NCBI GenBank assembly: GCA_039812585.1
Contig: JBDIAW010000004.1
Span: 10,824-74,823 of the forward strand
Reading direction: 5' to 3'
DNA from: Actinomycetota bacterium
GTDB lineage: Bacteria; Actinomycetota; Actinomycetes; JBDIAW01
DNA length: 64,000 nt
Shown here: piece after piece, positions 10,270-19,619 of the stretch
How positions within the stretch are numbered: position 1 is the stretch's first letter
Layout of the letters: each line of letters starts with the position of its first letter
Program-made: the position numbers and the translations under genes
Notes under the pieces: model-generated
Database searches by the model: none
Told to the model about the DNA's origin: nothing
What the model saw: the letters and a program-made list of their open reading frames with translations, nothing else

Positions 10270-10443
10270 TTACGGCGATTGGTCGCCCTGTTCTGTCTCT
10301 TCTTGACATCCCTGATCTGTGGCCGCGTTGCCTAAGGGAGAACACGCATCGCTAGCAGGGGGATACACGGAACGTAGCGCAACCACGATCAACACAACAA
10401 AGAGAAAAACCACTGTCAGCACTGGAAAAATCGTAGTAAACAT
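10270..10443 (-). CDS. Putative 57-aa single-TM small protein (absent from the ORF track)
   Basis: Hand translation MFTTIFPVLTVVFLFVVLIVVALRSVYPPASDACSPLGNAATDQGCQEETEQGDQSP; purine-rich upstream sequence; same strand as coaX and lsr2. Confidence 0.5.
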   Translation of the reverse strand: MFTTIFPVLTVVFLFVVLIVVALRSVYPPASDACSPLGNAATDQGCQEETEQGDQSP

Positions 10444-10481
10444 GCCCTACCTGCCTCATCATCTGTCCTGACTGGGATCAT

Positions 10482-11324
10482 TCAACTAGCGTGAACTCGG
10501 CGAAATATCAATGCCAAGCCCACTAAAGTCAACCAGGGTTCGTAAGCAGTTATGGTGCGTGAATGAGGGACAATCACCGAGGCTAACCCTCCCGTGGCCA
10601 CCACCGTCGGAGTGACCATCGGATCGCATCCAGGGTCGCGGTGCGGTAATTCGCTCCATAACCGTTGAACTAAGCCATCTACCTGAGCAGCGAAACCGTA
10701 AACTACACCAGCCCGTAAGGCGTCCACCGTATTTGTGGCCAGCGCATGTGGGGGGGCAGAAATATCGATCCGAGGCAGCTGGGCCCCACACGCTGATAAT
10801 CCTTGTAATGACACGTTGATACCAGGGGCAATGGCGCCACCCATATAGCGTCCGGCACTGGAGATAACATCAACGGTCGTGGCAGTTCCGCAATCGACAC
10901 ATAAAGCAGGCCCCCCGTAGAGGTGGGCCAAAGCTACCGCGTTGACGACCCGATCAGTACCCACCTCGGCGGGATTATCAGTAAGAATATCTACACCCGC
11001 CTCGGGAGCAGTCTCAACCACCACCAAAGGTAACTCGGGGAAGAAACGTTGGCACATCCACCGCATTTCCCGAATAACTGGGGCGACCGTGGAGCATAAA
11101 GCAATCCCCTGGAGTCCGTAGGTGGCACCTATTCCCACCTCTTGCGAGACTGAGGCGGGGTAATCATTCTGCGCCCACCGCTGCACCAGGGCGGTGACTT
11201 TGATCCCTATTTCATCTCCGGTCAGACGTGCATCAGTGATCAGACGCCAGTGGGCGAGCACTTTTTGTTGTGCGACCACCCCAACCACGGTTTGGGTGTT
11301 CCCTACATCAATGGTTAACAGCAC
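10482..11324 (-). CDS. coaX: Type III pantothenate kinase
   Basis: DVGNTQT, GTDR, DCGTAT, GGAIAPG motifs. Confidence 0.95.
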   Translation of the reverse strand: MLLTIDVGNTQTVVGVVAQQKVLAHWRLITDARLTGDEIGIKVTALVQRWAQNDYPASVSQEVGIGATYGLQGIALCSTVAPVIREMRWMCQRFFPELPLVVVETAPEAGVDILTDNPAEVGTDRVVNAVALAHLYGGPALCVDCGTATTVDVISSAGRYMGGAIAPGINVSLQGLSACGAQLPRIDISAPPHALATNTVDALRAGVVYGFAAQVDGLVQRLWSELPHRDPGCDPMVTPTVVATGGLASVIVPHSRTITAYEPWLTLVGLALIFRRVHAS

Positions 11325-11362
11325 CCCCCCAGTATGCCTGGTGGGTGACTACGCTGCCCTCG

Positions 11363-12388
11363 ATGAGCTTTGTGACTTGGCGCACGGCAATGCAGCAGGC
11401 CCTGTACGGCCCGAGTGGTTTCTACCGCCAGGCACCAGGGCCTGCTGGGCATTTTCGCACCAGTGTGAGCGCCAGCTCCACGTTTGCTCAGGCTATCTGG
11501 GAGCTCGTGCTGCAGACCGATCGTCTGTTGGGGCACCCCCACCCCTTCCAAGTGATCGACATGGCTGCTGGCCAGGGGCAGCTGGCTGCTGGGCTGCTCA
11601 CCCTGGCCCGTCAGAGTCCGTTGGCTGGTCGCATCCAGGTGCAGGCGGTGGAGATAGCCCCCCGCCCGGTGGGGCTAGACCCCGAGATCACCTGGTTACC
11701 CCAGCCTCCTACCGCCATGACCGGGCTGATCATTGCCAACGAGTGGCTGGATAACGTGGCCTGCGATGTGGTGCAGACCACCGGCTTGCCCGAGCCTGAG
11801 CACCTGGCAGTGGTGGAGGTCAACCCGCAGGGGCAGGAGAGGCTGGGTGGACCCGCAAGCCCCGAGGATGCAGCCTGGGTGGCCCGTTGGTGGCCCTTGG
11901 AGAGCGCAGCGAGGGCTCAAGCGGGTCTAAGGGCAGAGGTGGGCCGCTCCCGCGACCAACAGTGGAGTTGGCTGGTCGGGCACCTCCAGCGAGGGATTGC
12001 GGTGGCGATCGACTACGCCACCACGACAGAGGCGCGTGCCAGTGGGCTATACCCCACCGGCACGTTAACCGCCTACCGCGCCGGTCGCCAGGTGCGCCCC
12101 GTGCCGGATGGCAGTTGCGATCTCACCGCTGCCGTGGCCCTGGATGCCTGCGCTGCAGCCATCCCCCAGGCATGCACAGCGTTAGTGGCCCAGCACGAGG
12201 CTCTGGGCCACCTGGGAGTGAGCACGCAGGCCGCTGCGGGCGCAGATCTGCTGCAGCGCTTGCTGACCCGCAGCCAGTCCAGCGAGTTGCTCGATCCTGA
12301 CGGACTGGGGGGTTTCACCTGGCTCATGCAGGCGGTCAGGTGTGACCTTCCCCGATGGGCAGCCGTAACAGCTACTCCTCAACCGTGA
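11363..12388 (+). CDS. SAM-dependent methyltransferase, MidA/NDUFAF7 family
   Basis: MQQALYGPSGFY, GHFRTS, ANEWLDN, IDY motifs. Confidence 0.88.
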   Translation: MSFVTWRTAMQQALYGPSGFYRQAPGPAGHFRTSVSASSTFAQAIWELVLQTDRLLGHPHPFQVIDMAAGQGQLAAGLLTLARQSPLAGRIQVQAVEIAPRPVGLDPEITWLPQPPTAMTGLIIANEWLDNVACDVVQTTGLPEPEHLAVVEVNPQGQERLGGPASPEDAAWVARWWPLESAARAQAGLRAEVGRSRDQQWSWLVGHLQRGIAVAIDYATTTEARASGLYPTGTLTAYRAGRQVRPVPDGSCDLTAAVALDACAAAIPQACTALVAQHEALGHLGVSTQAAAGADLLQRLLTRSQSSELLDPDGLGGFTWLMQAVRCDLPRWAAVTATPQP

Positions 12389-13382
12389 CAACCATGCCCT
12401 TCAGGGCTTTGAGTGCTTGAGCGGCATCAAAATCGGCTTGGGTGTCGAGGTACATGACCATCATCAACTGGTCACCCATAGCACGTGCCGCCACCATCAC
12501 GGTACCTGCAGTACCATCCATATTCGCATTAAACTGCTCCACCAGCCCCTCGACTGTGCCACCCGTGCTAGTAGAGAACGTTATGGATGTCGGGGTAGTC
12601 AGACCAGTTCCAGTACTCATTTTGCTGGTGGCCTCTCGCATGGCTCTTTTAGTGAGTAGGAGGTCATCAGTGGCTTCTCCGATACCCAGAGCTTGTCCCT
12701 CCACCATGACCACAGCATTTGAATCAGGTGAAGTAGCTACCCAGGTCTTGGCCCCCTGCTTTTCCATACCCGCCGGAGGGGTGGGATAGGTCCCCGAGAG
12801 GGACTTGACCGTGAAGGTTCGCGAGAGCGGGTAAGACTTGCCTGACGTGTCCTCACCGATCGGGCTCGAGGTCGTCACCGGCGAAGTGGTCATGGTGGGG
12901 CTCGACGAGCTCGTTGCGGGGGAAGAAGAAGCAGTGAATGGAACCGTAGAGGTCAGAGGACTAGCCGATGTCGTGGAATCGGCGCGCGGCGTGGGGCCGT
13001 CGCTGCCACTGCGGAGCAGGAAGAACACTCCAGCCAGAATGACCAGCACCACCACGCCCAGCACGCATCCAAGAACCACCCAGAGTGCAGTTTTGGACTG
13101 AGGTTGCTGCCCAGGACCAAAACCCTGGCCGGGATAGCCCGGACCCAGCTGGTTGTACTGGTTAGGGCCTTGCGCACCTGCAGCGAAACCCGGCGGCGGG
13201 CCGGAAACCGGCGGCATGACCATCGTCGGCTGCTGCCATGCCGGTGCTGGCGGGGGGATAGGAGGTTGCGGTGGGGTGAACTGATCCGGCGTAGGGCCAG
13301 GATTGCGCCCCCAGCCCGGTTGCTCGCCACCAGGATTTCCGGGGGCACCTGAGGGGGTAGACCCATAGTAAGGGTTAGACAC
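12372..13382 (-). CDS. Single-pass membrane protein (Pro/Gly/Gln-rich N-terminus, S/T linker, C-terminal domain)
   Basis: Hydrophobic segment LWVVLGCVLGVVVLVILAGVFFLL; paralogous to 13615-14493. Confidence 0.7.
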   Translation of the reverse strand: MSNPYYGSTPSGAPGNPGGEQPGWGRNPGPTPDQFTPPQPPIPPPAPAWQQPTMVMPPVSGPPPGFAAGAQGPNQYNQLGPGYPGQGFGPGQQPQSKTALWVVLGCVLGVVVLVILAGVFFLLRSGSDGPTPRADSTTSASPLTSTVPFTASSSPATSSSSPTMTTSPVTTSSPIGEDTSGKSYPLSRTFTVKSLSGTYPTPPAGMEKQGAKTWVATSPDSNAVVMVEGQALGIGEATDDLLLTKRAMREATSKMSTGTGLTTPTSITFSTSTGGTVEGLVEQFNANMDGTAGTVMVAARAMGDQLMMVMYLDTQADFDAAQALKALKGMVVTVEE

Positions 13383-13614
13383 AGTGTTACCTCCACCTAC
13401 ACCATCGCCACTCAGGGCGCTTCAAAGATGATCCGTCCTCCAGAAGCGTACGGCTCGCAGGGAAGCCCGGGCAGCTCGATATGGCCGCCTCACCCACTTG
13501 TCGCAGGCTGCCACAACCACGCCATGCCGATGCCTCACCAACCTTCCCGCCTCTGGTACCTCCGCGATGACACAACGTGCTGTTGATCGTGCCTGGCGGT
13601 CTGCCTGCACCTGC

Positions 13615-14493
13615 CTAGCGGAGGGTGACCGACACTGTTTGCACCATCTGCAGGGCCCGGCCCAGCTCGAAGGAGTCCCGGGCAGCGGCATAGACGACCA
13701 TCAGCAGGTGATCATCCATGACCCGCATTGCCATCAGTTGGCGGTCCCGACCGTCGGCGCTGGTGTAGGTGCGATAGGCGAACTCCACCTCACCTCCCGA
13801 ACGAGTGGGGATCATGACCGTTCCTGAATCTCCGTTTGAGGACCCCACGCGCGTGAGCGCCTGAGCTAGAGCACTCGTGGTGGCGGTTCGATCATCCGCA
13901 GCCTGGGTCTCGGAGGGCTGAGTGCGAATCACCAGCGCTTGGGAGGTTTTGCGGCTCACCAAAGCCCGCTGCCCCAACAGCTGGGTGCTGCTGAAACCCT
14001 TAGGTTTAGCCCCAAAATCCAACTGTGCTGAGGAGATGTGCGCCTGCGAGCCGTCGAGGCGATAGATCCTTTGACCGGCTGGCGTGGTGCTGGACGGCGA
14101 TGTGCTCGTGGTAGGGCTGGGCGAGATGGAGCGAGGACTCGATGCGGAGGTGGTGGCCTTCGGCGTGGAACTGCCCTCACGCGTTCGCCCCAGCAGCATC
14201 CCGATCACCGATGCCAGGATCACCACTGCCACCAGCGCCACCACACCGATGATGATCCACTGAGTGGGTGGGCGCGAGGTGAAAGCAGAGGGTGTGGATG
14301 GGGAGGCTAACTGCGGCAGCTGGGAGGTATCGCTGGTGCCAGCCGCTTGGACGGGCAACTCCTGCGTAGTGGACGGACCGGTCGGCGGCGGAGTCCAGGA
14401 CGGCGGCTGGTGCACATAGCCCACCACCGGCAGTTGCTCGGTGTGACCCCAGGGCGGCTGCCCCGACGGGGGTGAGGGGGGAGTACTCACCAA
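13615..14493 (-). CDS. Single-pass membrane protein, paralogue of 12372-13382
   Basis: Same architecture; C-terminal AMRVMDDHLLMVVY resembles AARAMGDQLMMVMY of the paralogue. Confidence 0.7.
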   Translation of the reverse strand: MVSTPPSPPSGQPPWGHTEQLPVVGYVHQPPSWTPPPTGPSTTQELPVQAAGTSDTSQLPQLASPSTPSAFTSRPPTQWIIIGVVALVAVVILASVIGMLLGRTREGSSTPKATTSASSPRSISPSPTTSTSPSSTTPAGQRIYRLDGSQAHISSAQLDFGAKPKGFSSTQLLGQRALVSRKTSQALVIRTQPSETQAADDRTATTSALAQALTRVGSSNGDSGTVMIPTRSGGEVEFAYRTYTSADGRDRQLMAMRVMDDHLLMVVYAAARDSFELGRALQMVQTVSVTLR

Positions 14494-14566
14494 GCCACCC
14501 CCTCACCTGCGCTGCCGACCCATCCCTGGTCAAGCTCCCATCGGTAGGCCAACGGGCTAGTCGAGC

Positions 14567-15325
14567 CTATTTGCCCTGGTTGGCTACGGCGGCAGCGGCT
14601 GCTGCAGCGGCCTCAGGGTCGAGGTACTCCCCGCCAGCGACCACTGGATGAAGATCGACATCCAGACGGTAGAGCAAGGGAATGCCCGTGGGAATGTTCA
14701 GCTCGGCGATAGCCGAATCGCTGATCCCGTCCAGATGCTTGACCAGCGCCCGCAGGGAGTTGCCATGCGCAGCCACCATGACGGTTTGCCCAGCGCGCAG
14801 TTGCGGCACGATCGCGTCATACCAGTAGGGCAGCATCCTGGCGACCACGTCTTGCAGGCATTCGGTGCGCGGGATGGCCTCGCTGGGCAGCTGGGCGTAG
14901 CGCGGGTCACCAACCTGGCTGTACTGGTCATCATCAGGCAGCGGAGGGGGTGGGGTGGCATAACTGCGGCGCCAGAGGGCAAACTGCTCCGGGCCATAGG
15001 CCTGCAGGGTTTGCTTCTTGTCCTTGCCCTGAAGAGCTCCGTAGTGACGTTCATTGAGCCGCCAACTGCGCTGTACGGGAATCCAGAGCCGGTCGGCGGC
15101 CTCCAACGCCAGCACGGAGGTACGGATGGCCCGGCGCAGCATGGAGGTGAACAACACGTCGGGCAGGAGGTTGCGCTCGGCCAGCAGTTGCCCGCCCCGT
15201 CGGGCCTCCTCCTCACCCTGAGGGCTGAGGTCAACATCAACCCATCCAGTAAACAGGTTTTTGGCGTTCCACTGGCTCTCGCCATGGCGCAGCAACAGCA
15301 GGTGAGCATTGGTGTCAGCAGTCAT
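14567..15325 (-). CDS. gpmA: 2,3-BPG-dependent phosphoglycerate mutase
   Basis: [33 protein letters not shown]. Confidence 0.97.
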   Translation of the reverse strand: MTADTNAHLLLLRHGESQWNAKNLFTGWVDVDLSPQGEEEARRGGQLLAERNLLPDVLFTSMLRRAIRTSVLALEAADRLWIPVQRSWRLNERHYGALQGKDKKQTLQAYGPEQFALWRRSYATPPPPLPDDDQYSQVGDPRYAQLPSEAIPRTECLQDVVARMLPYWYDAIVPQLRAGQTVMVAAHGNSLRALVKHLDGISDSAIAELNIPTGIPLLYRLDVDLHPVVAGGEYLDPEAAAAAAAAVANQGK

Positions 15326-15346
15326 GCCGGTAACCCTACCTATCTC

Positions 15347-15721
15347 TCACCAGGAGAACTGCAGGACCCAGAGGAGCACCACCACCGCCAGGGCGCCCAC
15401 CACGATCAGCGGCATGGCGATCTTCTCTAGCTTTCCGAAGCTGCCTCCGTTGCTGCGTAGAGCCGGGCGCACATCGACTAGGTAGATGATGGCAGCCGCA
15501 ACTCCCAACACGGTGATGAAATGCATGGCCCCAAATGCCCACGGTGCGAGGGCAGCCAAACCCAGGATGATCCCCCAAAACACCTTTTTTTGCTTATCCG
15601 CTGCCTCATAGGCCCGGGCGGGGCGCAGCAAGGCCTCGATGAAGGCGACCAGGCAGATCAGCATGACGAACAGCGTGACCAACGCGCCAATACCCCAGGT
15701 GGCAGTGCCCACATATCCCAT
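15347..15721 (-). CDS. DUF2516-family membrane protein
   Basis: AYEAADKQKKVFWGIILG and YLVDVRPALR; usual position between the HTH gene and gpmA. Confidence 0.85.
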   Translation of the reverse strand: MGYVGTATWGIGALVTLFVMLICLVAFIEALLRPARAYEAADKQKKVFWGIILGLAALAPWAFGAMHFITVLGVAAAIIYLVDVRPALRSNGGSFGKLEKIAMPLIVVGALAVVVLLWVLQFSW

Positions 15722-15728
15722 GGGGGCA

Positions 15729-16172
15729 CTATAGGGGAGGCGCCGGCTCAGCGGGGGTGACCTGCTCCGGTGAAGGCTCCTGGTCAGGGGTAGGGCCTAG
15801 GCGTGCATTGTCGCGACGGAAGGACTCATAGATCTCCACCAGGACGTTTTTCTGCGCCCCGGTCAGACCTACATCGGCGCGAAGGGCGGCAAGGACGTGC
15901 TCGCTGCCATCGGCGCGGTCCAACAGACCTGCCTGCACGTAGAGGGTTTCGGCTGAGATCTGCAGCCCTCGGGCGATGCCCTGCAAGATTTCAGCCGAGG
16001 GTTTGCGCAGCCCGCGTTCGATCTGGGAGAGATAGGGGTTGGAGACCCCCGCTGACTGGGCGAGTTGCCGCAGTGAAACCTGGGCATTAGTGCGCTGCTC
16101 CCGGATGAATGCCCCTACGGAATCCTTGGGCGGCAGAGGTGGCAGGGGGACTTTGATGTTAAGGGTCGGCAT
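15729..16172 (-). CDS. XRE-family HTH regulator (Rv0474-like)
   Basis: VGAFIREQR..SLRQLA..AGVSNPYLSQIERGLRKPSAEILQGIA. Confidence 0.9.
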   Translation of the reverse strand: MPTLNIKVPLPPLPPKDSVGAFIREQRTNAQVSLRQLAQSAGVSNPYLSQIERGLRKPSAEILQGIARGLQISAETLYVQAGLLDRADGSEHVLAALRADVGLTGAQKNVLVEIYESFRRDNARLGPTPDQEPSPEQVTPAEPAPPL

Positions 16173-16194
16173 AAGCACCAGAATGCCCGGTGCT

Positions 16195-16210
16195 GCTTGC
16201 AAAAGCAAGC
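16195..16210. promoter_or_regulatory. Palindromic operator upstream of the XRE regulator
   Basis: GCTTGC-AAAA-GCAAGC, about 23 nt before the start codon. Confidence 0.55.
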
Positions 16211-16533
16211 GGTACCGGGCATTGGTGCTCACCAGGGCTTGCGCTGACGTAGAGGTAGCGCTTCCGGTGCACCGGCCGTACTCAACCAGCCACCGGGGTT
16301 TCCCCACGCACACTCGCGCCCCCTTGAGCTTGGTGGCTCACCCAGCAGTGCCGGGGCTACCCACCAACAGCAGCGAGATTACTGCTGCCGTAAACCGACC
16401 CTGACGGGTGAGTCTCATTTTTGGTGCGGACAGGCCCCGTGCACCAAGGCTCCAACAGGCAGAAAACTCCCGATCAGTTGCCAGCGACATAGCATGGCGG
16501 TACTCCCCTTGCCGCCCGCCGAGAGGCCCCGCC

Positions 16534-18117
16534 GTGACCAAGTCGCCTGCCCACGCCCAAACTCCAACCCCCGACTACCCCCTGCAAGGGGTGCTGGACC
16601 GCTACCTCGCGGCCGCCCACAGCAGCGGCCAGCCGCTCGACCCTGCCGCTACCGCGTTCTTCGCCCAGCTGGCCACCCTGCCCCAGGAGGTCGCCCGCCC
16701 CATCGTGCAGGAGCTTCACGATCAGCGCACCACCCTCAAGTTGATCGCCAGCGAGAACTACTCCAGCCTGGCCACGCAAGCCGCCATGGGCAACCTGTTC
16801 ACCGACAAGTATGCGGAGGGCTTCCCCGGCCACCGTTTCTACGCCGGCTGCGACAACGTGGACACCGTGGAGGCCCTGGCCGCTCAAGCTGCCACCAGTC
16901 TGTTCGGAGCCGACTATGCCTTTGTTCAGCCCCACTCCGGAATTGACGCCAACCTGGTGGCGATGACCGCGATCCTCAAGCAGCGGGTGGAGACTCCCGC
17001 CCTGGACCATCTGGGGCTGAAAAACGCTAGCGCTGCCGATGGGCGCACGTGGGAGCAGATCCGTCAGGAACTCATGAACCAACGGCTCCTGGCGATGGAC
17101 TACTACTCCGGTGGGCATCTCACCCACGGGTACCGGATGAACGTTTCCTCCTGGATGCTGCAGGCGCACAATTACACGGTCGACCCGCAGACCAAACGTC
17201 TGGATATCGACGCGATCCGGGCCCAACTACATGACGTGCGGCCCCTGATTTTCCTGGTGGGCTACAGCGCCTATCCACGCGCCATCAACTTTGCCCACAT
17301 GCGAGAGCTGGCTGACGAAGTGGGGGCCACTTTCATGGTGGACATGGCTCACTTCGCCGGTCTGGTCGCTGGGAAGGTGTTCACCGGCGACTACAACCCA
17401 GTGGCACATGCCCATGTGGTGACCTCCACCACCCACAAAACGCTGCGCGGGCCCCGCGGAGGCATCGTGCTGGCCACCAGCGAGTATGCGGATGTGATCG
17501 ACAAGGCCTGCCCAACGATCCTGGGAGGTCCCCTGCCCCACGTGATGGCCGCCAAGCTGGTGGCTTTGCGGGAAGCTTCCACGCCGGAGTTCGCCGACTA
17601 CGCCCGACGCATCGTCACCAATGCCCAAGCCCTGGCCGAGGGTCTGCAGCAACACGGCATCTCGGTGCTGACAGGGGGTACCGACAATCACCTGGTCTTG
17701 GCTGATGTTTTCGACACTTATGGCCTGTCCGGGCGCCAAGCGGAAACCGCGCTGCGCAGTGTGGGTATCACCTTGAACCGCAACTCGTTGCCCTTCGACG
17801 CTAACGGCCCATGGTTTACCTCTGGCCTGCGCTTGGGTTCTGCAGCCCTGACTACCCGTGGTATGGGGCCAGAGGACATGCGCGAGATTGGGCGCATCAT
17901 CGCCTCGGTATTGGCCACGGTGAAGCCCTTGGGTCGCAAAGTGGCCGCGCACACCCCCGACGGGCGGGAGCTACCTGGCGCCAAGTACGAGGTTGGCGAC
18001 CAGTCGGTGCTCGATTCCGCCGGCGCCGCAGTGCGCGACCTGCTGGCTGACTACCCGCTCTACCCCAGCATCGACCTGGACTGCCTGGCCGACACTGCCT
18101 TGGCCGTGCAGGCTTGA
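16534..18117 (+). CDS. glyA: Serine hydroxymethyltransferase (long actinobacterial form)
   Basis: LIASENY, KYAEG, GGHLTHG, PLP-lysine motif TTHKTLRGPRGG. Confidence 0.97.
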   Translation: MTKSPAHAQTPTPDYPLQGVLDRYLAAAHSSGQPLDPAATAFFAQLATLPQEVARPIVQELHDQRTTLKLIASENYSSLATQAAMGNLFTDKYAEGFPGHRFYAGCDNVDTVEALAAQAATSLFGADYAFVQPHSGIDANLVAMTAILKQRVETPALDHLGLKNASAADGRTWEQIRQELMNQRLLAMDYYSGGHLTHGYRMNVSSWMLQAHNYTVDPQTKRLDIDAIRAQLHDVRPLIFLVGYSAYPRAINFAHMRELADEVGATFMVDMAHFAGLVAGKVFTGDYNPVAHAHVVTSTTHKTLRGPRGGIVLATSEYADVIDKACPTILGGPLPHVMAAKLVALREASTPEFADYARRIVTNAQALAEGLQQHGISVLTGGTDNHLVLADVFDTYGLSGRQAETALRSVGITLNRNSLPFDANGPWFTSGLRLGSAALTTRGMGPEDMREIGRIIASVLATVKPLGRKVAAHTPDGRELPGAKYEVGDQSVLDSAGAAVRDLLADYPLYPSIDLDCLADTALAVQA

Positions 18118-18156
18118 CCCTTCGTGAGTTGAACCCCTGACCCTTCGCGAGTTGAA
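18115..18156. repeat. Two 19-bp direct repeats with 23-bp period
   Basis: TGACCCTTCG(T/C)GAGTTGAA at 18115-18133 and 18138-18156. Confidence 0.8.
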
Positions 18157-18484
18157 GCACAGATGATCGCGAGGTAAGCGGGGGGAGTCTCCACAGATGA
18201 GGTGGATTGAGGGTCGCTTAGCACTGCAGTACCGTCCTGTATCGACGTGAGCGAACTTATCGCTACGATCCTGAGCGCCCATTGGTCATCCTGCCCCGTT
18301 GACCAACTGTGGAGCCGCTACGCCTGAGGGGCACGAGTAACACGGCCCGAGCAGAACCCCCTGACTCGGCGCAGGCAGCATTTCGCGCATGAGTGGCACA
18401 CAGCCGCCAAGCGTGGGCGGACGGACAGGTGCGCAGAGTGGAGCGAAGACCGCTACGGTCCGACCGGGGCGGCGTCAGTCGGCG

Positions 18485-19105
18485 CTAATTTCGCGCTTGC
18501 AGTAAATCGTCAACCGTGGCAGCACCTTCGCGGTAACGACGGCCAATTTCTGCGGTGCACACATCCATGACTTGCTGCACCAAACGCCGATCGTGGGAGA
18601 TTCCCGCCTCCAGTTCGTGCAGTTTGGCTACCGCAGCGGCCAGTTGCTCGTCGCTCAACCCTGAGGAGTTGGAGATGTCCACGTCGGCCACCACTTTCTC
18701 CACGTGACGACGGCGTTCATCCAACCGCGAGGGCTGCATGGAGATGAAGCGAGCGTTGGAGGGGTTCGTGCTGCGCGTGGTGCCCTCAGACAGCACAGAG
18801 GTCAAGGTAGAGACCAGGTCGTGTTCAGGGGCGCCACCACGCCGAGCTGCCTCAGCGTTGACGAGGTCCAATCGACCCTGAATGAGCCGGCGCAGATAGG
18901 ACAGGTCGGTCTCCTCCTGTTCGGCGTCCTTGCGGCGAGCGCGCAACTCCTCCATGGGCAGATCCTCAAGGTGCTCAGCAAAGCCCTCCCCGAGCACGCG
19001 GTCTATGCGCCGCCGCCCTCCTGGGATGGCATTGGTGGCTTCCTCAGCCAAGCTATGGCGCTCGTTCATCACTTCAGCTCCCCCTGCTTCAGGACTCTGG
19101 GGCAT
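18485..19105 (-). CDS. rsiG: RsiG/AmfC-family c-di-GMP-binding anti-sigma factor
   Basis: Two E-x3-S-x2-R-x3-Q-x3-D motifs (ETDLSYLRRLIQGRLD and EAGISHDRRLVQQVMD); close to dtd/ygfZ as in Streptomyces; GGAGG RBS before ATG 19105. Confidence 0.88.
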   Translation of the reverse strand: MPQSPEAGGAEVMNERHSLAEEATNAIPGGRRRIDRVLGEGFAEHLEDLPMEELRARRKDAEQEETDLSYLRRLIQGRLDLVNAEAARRGGAPEHDLVSTLTSVLSEGTTRSTNPSNARFISMQPSRLDERRRHVEKVVADVDISNSSGLSDEQLAAAVAKLHELEAGISHDRRLVQQVMDVCTAEIGRRYREGAATVDDLLQARN

Positions 19106-19198
19106 GGTTTCCTCCAACTCCCACATTGCCTGGGCGCCAAGGCGCCACCTGCCGATAACATCTTGTCACGATTTGTCACAGCACGTTATCTGCCTGCC

Positions 19199-19225
19199 CT
19201 ATCGGCACACGTTCCTCTAAGTTGA
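19199..19225 (-). promoter_or_regulatory. sigma28/WhiG-type promoter upstream of rsiG
   Basis: Minus strand reads TCAA-N15-GCCGATAG; canonical sigma28 is TAAA-N15-GCCGATAA. Confidence 0.6.
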
Positions 19226-19619
19226 GTCCACCGAGAGCGACAAAGATCACCGTACAGTCATCTAGTCAATGCAAAGCGTAACCGGTGGAACGGTTAAGGG
19301 CAAAGTAGGGCAAAATATTTTCCCGTTTCTTACCTCCAGGACTTGGTTGCTGCCACTTCAAGATTTTTTTCATCATTGATGATATTTCGGTCGCAGGGCC
19401 AGGAAGTGCTGCGACGAACCTATCGGAGCGTGCCTGATTCGTGGCTGATTGCTCACAGTAAGCGAAGTTAGAGATCCACATAAACTGCCGGGCGCATGAA
19501 TACGTCGCCAACGCTCACCCCGAACGCAACGACCCTGCCTGGGCCAACCCCACCAAGCTCAGACTTTGACCCTCTTAAGCCCCCTACCATTCTGGCCTAG
19601 GGTCACAAGATCGACTGAC

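Noticed and set aside
16395-16412. Resemblance to the clpB promoter spacer (GACCCTGACGG.TGAG)
   Set aside because: Needs gaps, lacks the GGAAT -35, and has no functional link; probably chance
16380-16533. ZTP or glycine riboswitch before glyA
   Set aside because: Consensus nucleotides not found; kept only as an unassigned structure
19151-19158. Plus-strand GCCGATAA as a second sigma28 promoter
   Set aside because: No TAAA or TCAA at the -35 position
19266-19511. 81-aa ORF in the AT-rich gap
   Set aside because: No RBS, motif or protein-like composition
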